The position numbers and the translations under genes were made by a program. This document shows, in pieces, positions 1 through 10,422 of a stretch of 64,000 bases of DNA (position 1 is the first letter of the stretch; every line of letters starts with the position of its first letter). The notes below the pieces were generated by a model. The model was given only the letters and a program-made list of their open reading frames with translations, did no database searches and had not been told where the DNA came from. The stretch comes from Oculina patagonica (lineage: Eukaryota): the NCBI RefSeq assembly GCF_052425735.1, contig NC_135762.1, forward strand, positions 14,570,001-14,634,000, written 5' to 3'.

Positions 1-1693
1 CAAGGGTGATAAGATTAAGCGAAGTGTCATGATAAACGACTATAAAAACAGAGGTTTGAGAATGGTTGACATTGTTTCTTTTACCAAATCGCTCAAGACT
101 GTTTGGATTAAAAAATATCTTGACGACTCTAACCGCGGGAAATGGAAAGAATTTTTTGAACTTGAACTTGGGAAGTATGGCGGCAAACTAGTCTTCAGAT
201 GCAACTTACATAAACGTGACATTTCAAAGTCGATATCGGTCCAAGACCCTTTTCTACAAGAAATTTTAGAAATATGGTCAGAGGCTAACTTTGATGACAA
301 AATCAAAACCGAGCAGCAATTTCTGGAACAACACATATGGCATAATTCACTAATTAGAATCGAAAACAGACCGGTTTTCTACAAACATCTTTTCCTGTAT
401 GGAATTACTAAGGTAGGCCAGTTAATGACGGACTCGCACAGTTTTCTCCCTCTTGCAGATCTTATCAGCACTCATATACGAATACAACCTATAAAGTATC
501 TAGGCCTCATTTCTGCCCTTCGGTACCATTACAATTCTAACTGTCTTTGCAAAGAATCTTGTAGCACAGAAAATCCCGATACCTTCTCCGAGACTTTTAT
601 TAAGAACGATTAAGCGAACAGATTTGTATACCAGAAGCTCCTCTCTTCCAAAAGAACCGCACCTTTAAGATGCCAAGAGAAATGGAACGACAGTATTAAA
701 TCTGATGAAAGATGTTCTGCTGACTGGACTAGTGCCTATTGTTTGGCAGCTAGTTGCACAAAAAGCACAAAACTCGTAAACTTGCAATTCAGATTTCTTC
801 ATCGTATTTTACCAACGAACCTTTTCCTAACAAAAATTGATATAAAGCAGGACCCAAACTGCTCTTTTTGTACCAACCATCCCGAAAACCTGATCCACCT
901 GTTCTGGAACTGTACAATAGTAGCAACCTTTTGGGAAACTTTGACTGAAAAACTTAAACAGGTTAACCTAATAACGATAGACTATCCAAAACACGCCGCC
1001 ATATATCTGGGTCTGAGACCAGACACCACCAAGTTTTCACTTCAATTAAATTTCTGCTTTCTTCTGGCAAGACATTATATATGGAGCTGCAGAGTCAACA
1101 AGAAGATCCCGGTTTTAACAACTTTTCTTATGTCCCTTAAATCGCAGTTTCATATAGAGTCCAACAACCTAGATACTACCTCTAAGAAATGGAATCTTTT
1201 ACTTCCACTTCTCGACATTACGTAGTCTCTTTTGCCAAAAAAAAAAAAACAACTCTCTCGTATATTAACCTTCTTTAAGCGAACCAAGGCCAAAGTGCAT
1301 TTGAGAGATAGATATACATTTTTTGTTTTATATTACTTATCTAGGATATCTTTCTGCACCAATTGTTATCAATTATTATCAACTATTAACTATAAATAAC
1401 ATTTAGGATTAAATATTAATTATTAGTAACTGCTGTTAATCAAACTGAACTATATGAAGTAGCTATCGCGTATAATATTTGTTAAAAAATAATAATAATG
1501 AACTGATGTAATAATAGGCAAAAGGAAACCTTTTTAGGCAGAGGAGTCGCTCCTTTATTTATTTATTTATTTATTTATTTAATTTTTCTTTCTTGTATGT
1601 TGTTAATGTAAGTAATATTTTTCGTAGTTTCTTTTCGTGTAATAAGTGTTATTGTTTTTGTGAATGAATAAAAAAATAAATAAAAAAAAAAAA
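1..1693 (+). mobile_element. 3' portion of an L1/Tx1-clade non-LTR retrotransposon (ORF2 C-terminus, 3' UTR, A-rich tail); 5' part lies outside the window
   Basis: Translation KGDKIKRSVMINDYKNRGLRMVDI resembles the post-RT motif of L1/Tx1 ORF2. C-terminal zf-RVT-like CSFC-x8-HLFWNC. AT-rich 3' UTR ends in AATAAA and an A/(AAAT) tail at ~1667-1693. Confidence 0.85.
2..1225 (+). pseudogene. LINE ORF2 C-terminal region with a single in-frame stop
   Basis: ORFs 29..613 and 743..1225 are in the same frame. 614-742 reads through (ANRFVYQKLLSSKRTAPLRCQEKW...DW). The only interruption is TAA at 611-613. Confidence 0.8.
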
Positions 1694-3163
1694 CACAAAA
1701 GTTGCCAGCTATGTTTATTTACGTTAATTTTTGGCAAATTTTCTGAAAATGTTTCAAGACCCTCTTGGGAATTGTCATCGCTTCAGCGATTATCCATTTT
1801 CCCCACTGATAAATTTGCTCAACACAATTTGTTGATGCGGTCAGCGGCAGTACTTTAAAACTAACTTGGCGGCTGGTTTTTCAAAACAAACTTGCTCGAT
1901 TTTCTTTCTTCCATTTGATGCTGCTGTTGTATTCGTCGACCAGAAAAATGTTAAGACGATTATCGTCACTTGTTCCACGGACCACTTCGGACACATTCAG
2001 TATTGATGCGGAGTATGGCAGCAATCAAGCAAGAGGAATTCGAACTCTACCGGACATAACAAGTAGCGTGGCCGAAAAAGGGGAAATAATTTCAAAAGTA
2101 ATGCCATGGAAATGATTCCTTAAAAGAAGAGCGGTGGCAATTTTAAGATGAGACTTAAAATATTCTCCTTTTTTATGATAACATGTTATTTCCGTTTGTG
2201 GATTAAAGTCAGCCGAAGTCGAAATTGATAAAATTTGGAATTGTGCTAGTGACATTTGAGTTCGGTTGTTTGCCGGATTTCTAAAACTTTACTCCGTTTA
2301 TATCTCCTCAAATTCTCGCGTGCTACTAAATATTTTTTCATGGTTTTAAAAAACTATCTTTGTACCTTTCAGAAAAATAGAAGACTTTCTCGGAGTAAGT
2401 CAGAATTTTAAGAAATTTTGATTTCTGCTACGGCCCTTTGCCCGCTACTTGCAAATGGCGTGGACATTGTCTTGTCTAAATGACTATCATTTAAAAAAAT
2501 TGAAATGATTTGATTTGGTTTTGCCACTTGTGTCAAGTACTATGGTATATCTATTACTTGCGTTATTCTTGTATTCGTCCGTTAAATATACGCTTGGCGG
2601 CAAGCATTTAAAATTGGGCTAATTTCGGCTTGCTGAAAGGCCCGTTTTGGGGGTTTCGGATATCGATGACTTTAGCTTCAAAATAAATCTCGAGTATTAT
2701 CAAGAACGAGAACCAACGTAATGTGTTTTCCTTTACCTTATATCAACCTTGTTTGGTGGAGAAATTTTGAAGGAAATCGAATTTTCATCCAACTTGAGCG
2801 GTCGATCCTTACACGGACAGTCACTTAAGTTTCTGTGGAAACGTTTATGCATGGAGCCACTACATACGCTCAAAACGGCGGCTTAAATTCAACTGGAGGA
2901 CAGGTGTTTTTGAATTATTCTGACTGGATGAACGACAGCTTGTAGATAGCTAATTTATTTTTCGTCGTCCAAAGAAGAATATTCATATTTCTGTTGAAAT
3001 TAATATTAAACAACAGTTGCCAAAAATGAAACACAATCTGCTATAATTAAATAGAAAAAAAACATTGAACGATAAGTAACATGATACTTACAAAATGTAT
3101 TTAAGTCCAAGTACGAAAGTAACCATCCAGACATATTTTTGCATTTACAGAATCCTTTATACT

Positions 3164-3586
3164 TGTTCGGGACAATTCACAGAATCTTTTCAACACGCAG
3201 TTGTAAACTCAACGCTTTAATTGCGATGCTCGTTGTACCAATGTACAAACATCTCCACGGCTTGACAACTTAATCGACACGCTGACTTGTTACGCCTACG
3301 GTAAAAAACTGAACAAAACAAACCTAATTTTACAATACATTCGGAATATAAGAAAAAACGGGAACTATGAAATCAAAACTTACATGTTCTGTGCGGTTTA
3401 GGTGGTAAAAACTGTATCAAAAAACAACACTGTCGAGCAATCCGCCCGACACGAAACTCTTTCCATCACAAAACCATGTGCGATCGAGTCACGTGACTCG
3501 ATCCAGTCCGAGCAACTTGTGCACAGTTAATAACGGACCTAAATCAATTTCCGGTTATTAATTTCGGCCGCTAGTCGGCCTCAACA
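3164..3586 (-). repeat. 3' LTR of BEL/Pao element
   Basis: Direct repeat of 10000-10422; TG...CA termini. Confidence 0.97.
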
Positions 3587-3597
3587 TCCACCCCGCC
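3587..3597 (-). other. Polypurine tract (PPT)
   Basis: Element strand reads GGCGGGGTGGA immediately 5' of the 3' LTR. Confidence 0.85.
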
Positions 3598-3668
3598 TTG
3601 GGGCGATCTCCTAAAGCGTCCCAAATATGTGGCTTCTCACATGGACTTCAGGTTACACGCACTTCTTC

Positions 3669-6600
3669 TTACATGGAATTCAGGTCATTTTCTAACAAAC
3701 ATAGTTTCTGTATAGGACGAACATAGACACTGTCCTTAGTTTTAACTTTAACAGTTCGCACCAAGCCATCTGGCCCAGGGTACGTCTCAATGACACGTCC
3801 AAGGTTCCAGTGTCCCCTCGGGGTGTTATCGTTGACTAGCAGCACCAATGCATTGGGTTTAACATTAGGCAACGCCTTTAGCCATTTAGCTCGAGGCTGC
3901 AGGATGGGTAGGTATTCTTTAAGCCATCTTTCCCAAAATAAGTTGGCAAGAAATTGCACCTGCCTCCACTTCTTCTTGTACATGTCAGTCTTGTTGAAGA
4001 CTCCGGGTGGTAAGCAAACAACCTTACGCTGCATCAAGAAGTGGGCTGGCGTCAGTGGCTCAAAATCACTTGGATCATCCGAGTTTGCTGTTAGGGCTCG
4101 GCCGTTCAGAACACGCTCGACCTCAGTAAGCAGCGTCTGCAGGACCGCGTCTGTGACCACATGTCCACCTAGGATAGATTTCAGGACCGTCTTCGCGCTT
4201 CGAACCAAACGTTCCCACACGCCGGACATGCTCGATGCAGTAGGGGGCTGGAATACCCATTTGCAGCCGTATTGGATAAGCTCACTCTCGATCCGTCCCT
4301 GGTTCCATTCATCAAGACTCTCCTTCAACTCGCGCTGAGCTCCGACAAAATTAGAGCCATTATCGCAACGTATCTCTTTCACTTCGCCTCTACGATTGAT
4401 AAAACGCCTCAAGCACAGGATGAAATCGTCGGTGTCCATTGAGTTAACCACTTCTAGGTGGACACAACGAGTGGTTAAGCAGGTGAAGAGACAGCACCAA
4501 CGCTTTGTGGTCCCGCGGCCATGTTTAACGTACAGGAGGCCAAAAAGGTCCATTCCTGAGTACGAGAATGGTGGTTCATATGCCATGAGCCGTGCCTCCG
4601 GTAAAGGTGCCATCTGCTGGACCATGGGTTTGGCAAGGACTTTCTTGCACTTGACGCATCGGCTAAGGACTGTGCGAACTAGAACGCGGATTTGTGGGAT
4701 CCAGAAGTCTTCCCGCAGTTTGGCTATCACATGCTCACGCCCCAAATGGCCAATGAAGTGGTGGACATGACGAACAATCTTCTCAGCTACGGCATGGTTT
4801 CTGGGCAGAATGGTTTGCCGGCCCATAGTAGATTCTGCTACTCTTTTCTGGCCACGTCCATTCACTCTCAGTACTCCCTGGGCATCCAATTCGGGATTCA
4901 AGGCAGCAATCTTGCTCGATGCTCTGACGACACCATTTGACTTCAAATCTTTAATCTCCTGTGTGTATGCTGAGCTCTGGACAATCTTCGCAATAGCCAC
5001 CGTAGCTGCATTCAAATCATCGACGGTTAACCTTCCAGTCACGACCTTGTCTTTATCTCTAATGAACTGTGTAAATCGTAAGAGCCATGCTACCTTGCGT
5101 CTGAGGCGGGTCCAATCTGAGCAGGTTGTTATCAGAACTTGGAGGGGGTGCTCCGCAGGATGAAGGAGGGATTCAAATTCTGGGTTTTCTTTCTTTGCTG
5201 CAGCTGGATCAGGGGTCAGTTCCAGAGAGTGTACATGAGTTTCTTTCTTCAGCTCCAGACCTTCAGTAGGCAAAGTTCTACATTCTTGTCCTGGCCAGGA
5301 GTCTTCTGGTCCCCACAGAAAGTCAGGTCCACGAAGCCAATTGTGGTTGGCGGTCAGAGAAGATGGGGTCATTCCCCTTGACACATAGTCTGCAGGATTC
5401 AAAGTTCCTGGCACATGATTCCAATCTTGCACAAGTGAGTGCTCTTTAATCTCTTCAACTCTGTTAGCTACGAAGGTTTGAAGTCTTCGTTTCTCATTCT
5501 TTAGATAGTGCAGTACTATCTCACTATCAGTCCATAGGAAAGTCCTGTCAATGTTCAGTTCTAATTCTTCTCGTAACATTTTGCACATGCGAGTTGCAAG
5601 TACAGCTGCCTGCAACTCCAGTCTAGGAATACTGACGAACTTCACTGGTGCATTCCTAGCCTTGCCCATAACGAAGGTACAATGGACTCGTCCATCCGTG
5701 TTCTCAACACGCAAATATGATGATGTCCCATAGCCAACCTCAGATGCATCTGAAAAGACATGAAGTTGCAACTTGCATTCTCGCGGGTCATCATCTGGTA
5801 GGAAATAGGATCGCGGGATGAGCAACTGTGATAAGGAAGGTAGCTGAGACTTCCAAGACCTCCACTTCAACAGAGACTCTTCGCTAATGGGTTCGTCCCA
5901 TCCTAAATTGGCCTTCCACAGGTTCTGCACTAAACATCTTGCAGCCAGCGCTACAGGCGCAGCAAACCCTAATGGGTCAAACAAGGAACAAACAGTTGAT
6001 AGGATACCACGTTTGGTCTCGGGGCGGTCAAGGTCCTTTATCTTGAAGCCCAGAGTATCATCTCCAACAAACCAAAGTATTCCCAGCGCTCTTTCAATGG
6101 GTGGATCATCCAAATCGAGGTTAAGTCCTTGCTTGGACAGCTTGTCGCTTGGAACTGCCTTGAGCACTTCCTTTGAATTTGACGTAAACTTAGTCAGGTT
6201 GAAGCTACCTCGGGCAAAGATGTTGACCATGTCTTGAGCCAGGTGAATGGCTGACTGCTCATCATTCTGGGAAGGGAGAGCGTCATCAACATAGAAATTT
6301 CTTTTTACAGCTGCGATGACACTGGGGCTGAAGTCCTCGGCATTGTCGTCAGCGACTCGCCGCAGAGTGGAATTTGCAACACAAGGGGAGGACGCTGCTC
6401 CAAATATGTGTACTTGCATAACATAAACATCGGGTGGGTCTTCATAGCCATTTGTCCACCAAAGGAACCTCAATGAGTCCTGGTCTTCTTTCCGTACACG
6501 TATCTGGTGGAACATTCCTTCAATGTCTGCAGCAATACCAATTGTACCTTGGCGAAAACGCAGGAGAACACCAACTAAACTGTTGGTCATGTCTGGCCCG

Positions 6601-8870
6601 CTTAATAGATTCTTATTAAGCGAAGTTCCTTCGTATTCGGCTGCCGCATCGAAAACTATGCGCACCTTTCCAGGCTTGGTAGGGCTAGTTACCGGGTGAT
6701 GTGGGAGATACCAATGGTTACTGGATTCCGTAGCCAACTCTTTCTCTGACAACTTGCGAGCGAATCCACTGCTGATGTAACCGTCCATTACTTCACGATA
6801 CTTAGTGGCCATCTCCTCGTTACCCGATTTCGTCAAGCGACGTCGCAAGGACTCTAGGCGTTGTTTCGCCATAGCAAGATTATTTGGAAACTGGCGCTCA
6901 TCCTTCTTCCAAAGCATGCCCACTTCATAACGTCCATCGACGAGACGTGTGGTATCTTCAATTATTTGCATTGCTCTCTTGTCTTCAGCTGAGAGGGGCT
7001 TCTCTCCTGACTTAACAGCTCCATGGTCTTCGAGTTTCCAGAATTTCTCAATTAGGTCAACTGGCTTATGATCAACTGAAACAAAGTTTACTGAGACTCC
7101 CTTCGGATCCTTGACGCCATAGCGACCAGCAACGCACCAACCGAGGGGGTATCGACAACCATAGAGTCCTTTCTTCTCATCTTCGGGAACTCTAACTTCT
7201 TTCTGTATGTGCGCGTAGGGGATGTTGTTTCCCACGAGAATGGAGACTCTCTTAACATCAACTGCTGGAAACTCAATGCCACATAAGTGAGGGTAGTTCT
7301 GGACGTCAATTTGCTCTGGCAGGGCTCGCTGTGACTGGTTAAGGTCAGGTAGAACATAGGCTTCAGAAACCTCGATACTTTCTCCAAAACTTTCCAAAGA
7401 GCTCAAGGTAAAGGATACTCGATTAGACTCCACAACATTGTCACTGCTTGTGATTGTATTAATTCTAACCTGCTCAGGTGTTCCTTGTATGTCAAGGTAA
7501 TCAACTAAACTGCGGTCAACGAGGGTGTCAGTACAGCCGCTATCTAGAAAGGCGTAGGTGGAGACAGCATTGCCATTCTCGGCGGTGATAATGACAGGAA
7601 CAACGTTCAACAAAACTTGTGTTTCTGTGGTAGACAAACTGGCAGATGATATGGGTGTTGTTTCAGGTTTGCCTGAATTAGCACTTGCAGTTTGCCCCGT
7701 ATTTACGCCCTCGTGACTTGTGGGATAGGAGGTAGCTGAAGGCTTGTCACCTTTATCCTTGGAATCCTTATTGATCGGTGGGTTGGGGCGGCGACTATCC
7801 TGGGTCTGATCAGTATGCAGAAGACTAAGATGACGACCAGGGCATTTTGAACATGCTGGCGGTTCAGGGCAAGAACCAGAACCGTGTCCAGGCCTTTCAA
7901 GGCCACAGTTAAAACAAAATCCACAAGATGCCGCATACTGTCGTCGGACTGCCACATGTTCACACTTCTTGATGATGGGGCAATGCTGAAGCTTGTGTCG
8001 CTTAGATTTACAGATTCCACAGTTTTTTGAGCTAGGGGCAGGAAGTTTAGTTTCAACATCCGTGGCACTGATTGTGCGATTCTTTAGTTGCTTTGGTGGA
8101 GGTGGAGGCTTAGGAGGCAACTTGGTTTCTTTATTCTCACGCTTCAACATTTGACCTCCAAACACCGGGTCGTTCCTAATGGATGCTTGTCTCTTTACAA
8201 AGGCGGCGATGTCCTTCAGCCGAGGAGACCTTCCGCTCTTGACAATCACATAATTCTCGTTTTGCCACTTGATGATGAGATCATTAGGCAGACGGCTAAC
8301 TATGCGCCTAAGGTTCGTTGCAACACTTGCTTCACGTTCAACGTCGCCTTGAAGGATTCTTGTAGCCGCATTCAGCTTCTCAGAAAAGTTCGTAAGTCCA
8401 ATATTGTCACCATAGGTCAACTTGGGACCTGATACGAGGTCTTCTATGCATGCTTGAGTCACCCTTATGGTCTGACCAAAGCGTTCCTCCAGGGTTTTCA
8501 TGATGTCGATGAAGGAGCAACCTCTGTTTCGTTTTACCACTTCCAATGCTTCTCCGGTAACAAACTTAGGGAGGTATTCAACACGCTGGGCATCAGTTAG
8601 CAAATCGCTTTCAAGGTGCGTACAAATTTGTTCACGAAAGGAGGGAAAATCCACTGGATTTCCACTAAACTGTGTCGGTCGCATTCCACTTAGCATTTGT
8701 GCCTTCCACATTGCTGCAACGGGATCATGTGGGACCTGTTCACCACGAGTAACACCCTGTGATGGTTTAACACCAGGTACTCTAAAGGACTGGAGTGACC
8801 TTATGCTGTCAGGGGTCTTACGCACATTAGATCCTATCGCTGAGAGGGATGACCTCGGCTGAGTTGTCAT
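3669..8870 (-). CDS. BEL/Pao Gag-Pol polyprotein (1733 aa): Gag core, 3 zinc knuckles, aspartic protease, RT, RNase H, integrase
   Basis: FSGNPVDFPSF (Gag); CGICKSKRHKLQHC, CFNC-x6-H-x4-C and CSKCPGRHLSLLH knuckles; AFLDSG protease; YLPHHPV, RIVFDAAA, DIEGMFHQI, FGAASSP, FYVDD (RT); FSDAS, PRLELQAA, WTDS (RNase H); HHCC region, GMDLFG, CDNGSNFVG, WERLVRS (integrase). Confidence 0.95.
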   Translation of the reverse strand: MTTQPRSSLSAIGSNVRKTPDSIRSLQSFRVPGVKPSQGVTRGEQVPHDPVAAMWKAQMLSGMRPTQFSGNPVDFPSFREQICTHLESDLLTDAQRVEYLPKFVTGEALEVVKRNRGCSFIDIMKTLEERFGQTIRVTQACIEDLVSGPKLTYGDNIGLTNFSEKLNAATRILQGDVEREASVATNLRRIVSRLPNDLIIKWQNENYVIVKSGRSPRLKDIAAFVKRQASIRNDPVFGGQMLKRENKETKLPPKPPPPPKQLKNRTISATDVETKLPAPSSKNCGICKSKRHKLQHCPIIKKCEHVAVRRQYAASCGFCFNCGLERPGHGSGSCPEPPACSKCPGRHLSLLHTDQTQDSRRPNPPINKDSKDKGDKPSATSYPTSHEGVNTGQTASANSGKPETTPISSASLSTTETQVLLNVVPVIITAENGNAVSTYAFLDSGCTDTLVDRSLVDYLDIQGTPEQVRINTITSSDNVVESNRVSFTLSSLESFGESIEVSEAYVLPDLNQSQRALPEQIDVQNYPHLCGIEFPAVDVKRVSILVGNNIPYAHIQKEVRVPEDEKKGLYGCRYPLGWCVAGRYGVKDPKGVSVNFVSVDHKPVDLIEKFWKLEDHGAVKSGEKPLSAEDKRAMQIIEDTTRLVDGRYEVGMLWKKDERQFPNNLAMAKQRLESLRRRLTKSGNEEMATKYREVMDGYISSGFARKLSEKELATESSNHWYLPHHPVTSPTKPGKVRIVFDAAAEYEGTSLNKNLLSGPDMTNSLVGVLLRFRQGTIGIAADIEGMFHQIRVRKEDQDSLRFLWWTNGYEDPPDVYVMQVHIFGAASSPCVANSTLRRVADDNAEDFSPSVIAAVKRNFYVDDALPSQNDEQSAIHLAQDMVNIFARGSFNLTKFTSNSKEVLKAVPSDKLSKQGLNLDLDDPPIERALGILWFVGDDTLGFKIKDLDRPETKRGILSTVCSLFDPLGFAAPVALAARCLVQNLWKANLGWDEPISEESLLKWRSWKSQLPSLSQLLIPRSYFLPDDDPRECKLQLHVFSDASEVGYGTSSYLRVENTDGRVHCTFVMGKARNAPVKFVSIPRLELQAAVLATRMCKMLREELELNIDRTFLWTDSEIVLHYLKNEKRRLQTFVANRVEEIKEHSLVQDWNHVPGTLNPADYVSRGMTPSSLTANHNWLRGPDFLWGPEDSWPGQECRTLPTEGLELKKETHVHSLELTPDPAAAKKENPEFESLLHPAEHPLQVLITTCSDWTRLRRKVAWLLRFTQFIRDKDKVVTGRLTVDDLNAATVAIAKIVQSSAYTQEIKDLKSNGVVRASSKIAALNPELDAQGVLRVNGRGQKRVAESTMGRQTILPRNHAVAEKIVRHVHHFIGHLGREHVIAKLREDFWIPQIRVLVRTVLSRCVKCKKVLAKPMVQQMAPLPEARLMAYEPPFSYSGMDLFGLLYVKHGRGTTKRWCCLFTCLTTRCVHLEVVNSMDTDDFILCLRRFINRRGEVKEIRCDNGSNFVGAQRELKESLDEWNQGRIESELIQYGCKWVFQPPTASSMSGVWERLVRSAKTVLKSILGGHVVTDAVLQTLLTEVERVLNGRALTANSDDPSDFEPLTPAHFLMQRKVVCLPPGVFNKTDMYKKKWRQVQFLANLFWERWLKEYLPILQPRAKWLKALPNVKPNALVLLVNDNTPRGHWNLGRVIETYPGPDGLVRTVKVKTKDSVYVRPIQKLCLLENDLNSM

Positions 8871-9945
8871 GCTGAACTGGATGGTTAGGAGGGATTGGCT
8901 CTTTCTGAGAAGGATTTAGTTGAGACACCTCACTAATAGCATAACTGGCACCTGGGTTGGTATTAGGTCTGCTGGTCTCCATTTTCTCAGAAACGACTGG
9001 GGTAGAATGTGGACGTTTATCAACTAGAAATGTGGCAGCATCCAAAGGACCAGCTGCTCCAGGTGTCAAAGCTTCCTCATCGTTGTACTCCATTTCAATT
9101 TTCCATTCTAGCTCAGCTAATGTTGCTTGCTCTTCAAGACGCCTAAGTTCCATTCTTTGTTTATGTTCGTATGCCATTCGAGCTGCTTCGGCTTCTTCCT
9201 TTGCCCTAGCCCTTGCTAGGTCCAATTTCATTTTTGAGACAAGCACCTTTTTCAAGGATTTCTTACGTGAGGATCCGGACACATTGGAAGACTTAGAGGA
9301 AACTGACACATTGTCATCACGATCCCCGTCCTGGTCTAGTAGTCCAGGATTCATCTGAGCATTTCCAGGCAAAAGGTCTATTTTTTGCAACAAACCTTCA
9401 CACTCATCAATAATGTCACGGGTCTCTCGTTTTAGATTGGAATAACGACTCTGTACATCTTCCAAGCGTTCTCTCTCATTTATCCCAGCAAGGTATTTCG
9501 TATGTAGCCCTTCGAGTGTCTTCCATTTTTCCGAGAGTAGGTCAAGGTATTTCTTAGCCTCCTCTGGGCCTTGGCTGGTATTAAGCTTAGACTGAATTTC
9601 TTTCAGTAAATTTTCAATTTCTTTGCTTACATTTGTCCACAGCATAGCCGTGCTGAGTTGCTCCCGGGAATCCCTTTGCCGTTCCAATTCCGTGAAATCG
9701 ACGCGGGTGTTTGGTGGGGGCCTGGGTCTGAGCGAGGGGCCATCGTAGTAGTTTAATGGCCGAGTAAACACATTTGTTGTAGTACAAATGGAACTAATGT
9801 TACCTTCTACGGCTTCTACTGTCGTCGTTCCGGGAAAATCGGGCAATCCACGATCCATTCCTGGTCCAGCATAACCCAAACGGCTCAAACCATAAACATC
9901 CATTCCACTATCGAGGCCGAAATCCAATTGATCCGACGCATCCAT
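8827..9945 (-). CDS. N-terminal Gag region of the BEL/Pao element (coiled-coil), out of frame with the main polyprotein
   Basis: First ATG at 9945, 55 nt downstream of the 5' LTR. Charged coiled-coil (LARARAKEEAEAARMAYEHKQRMELRRLEEQ) and Ser-rich linker. Overlaps the next ORF by 44 nt in another frame. Confidence 0.8.
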   Translation of the reverse strand: MDASDQLDFGLDSGMDVYGLSRLGYAGPGMDRGLPDFPGTTTVEAVEGNISSICTTTNVFTRPLNYYDGPSLRPRPPPNTRVDFTELERQRDSREQLSTAMLWTNVSKEIENLLKEIQSKLNTSQGPEEAKKYLDLLSEKWKTLEGLHTKYLAGINERERLEDVQSRYSNLKRETRDIIDECEGLLQKIDLLPGNAQMNPGLLDQDGDRDDNVSVSSKSSNVSGSSRKKSLKKVLVSKMKLDLARARAKEEAEAARMAYEHKQRMELRRLEEQATLAELEWKIEMEYNDEEALTPGAAGPLDAATFLVDKRPHSTPVVSEKMETSRPNTNPGASYAISEVSQLNPSQKEPIPPNHPVQHDNSAEVIPLSDRI

Positions 9946-9999
9946 CGCTCGACAAATCCAATCACAATCCAATATTTAGGAAGAACATTTTTTTACTGA

Positions 10000-10422
10000 T
10001 GTTCGGGACAATTCACAGAATCTTTTCAACACGCAGTTGTAAACTCAACGCTTTAATTGCGATGCTCGTTGTACCAATGTACAAACATCTCCACGGCTTG
10101 ACAACTTAATCGACACCCTGACTTGTTACGCCTACGGTAAAAAACTGAACAAAACAAACCTAATTTTACAATACATTCGGAATATAAGAAAAAACGGGAA
10201 CTATGAAATCAAAACTTACATGTTCTGTGCGGTTTAGGTGGTAAAAACTGTATCAAAAAACAACACTGTCGAGCAATCCGCCCGACACGAAACTCTTTCC
10301 ATCACAAAACCATGTGCGATCGAGTCACGTGACTCGATCCAGTCCGAGCAACTTGTGCACAGTTAATAACGGACCTAAATCAATTTCCGGTTATTAATTT
10401 CGGCCGCTAGTCGGCCTCAACA
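10000..10422 (-). repeat. 5' LTR of BEL/Pao element
   Basis: Direct repeat of 3164-3586. Contains a 22-bp palindrome, GTAAGT...TTCAG intron-like signals and an ATTAAA poly(A)-like signal on the element strand. Confidence 0.97.

Larger units (their letters stand above)
3164..10422 (-). mobile_element. Full-length BEL/Pao LTR retrotransposon
   Basis: Two 423-bp direct LTRs (TGTT...AACA) with one mismatch found by eye. Internal order gag-PR-RT-RNaseH-IN with BEL/Pao-type motifs. Polypurine tract next to the 3' LTR. Confidence 0.97.

Noticed and set aside
3790-9358. Plus-strand ORFs within the BEL/Pao element, or an env-like gene
   Set aside because: Antisense shadows of gag-pol. Only ~80 bp separate the pol stop from the 3' LTR, leaving no room for env.
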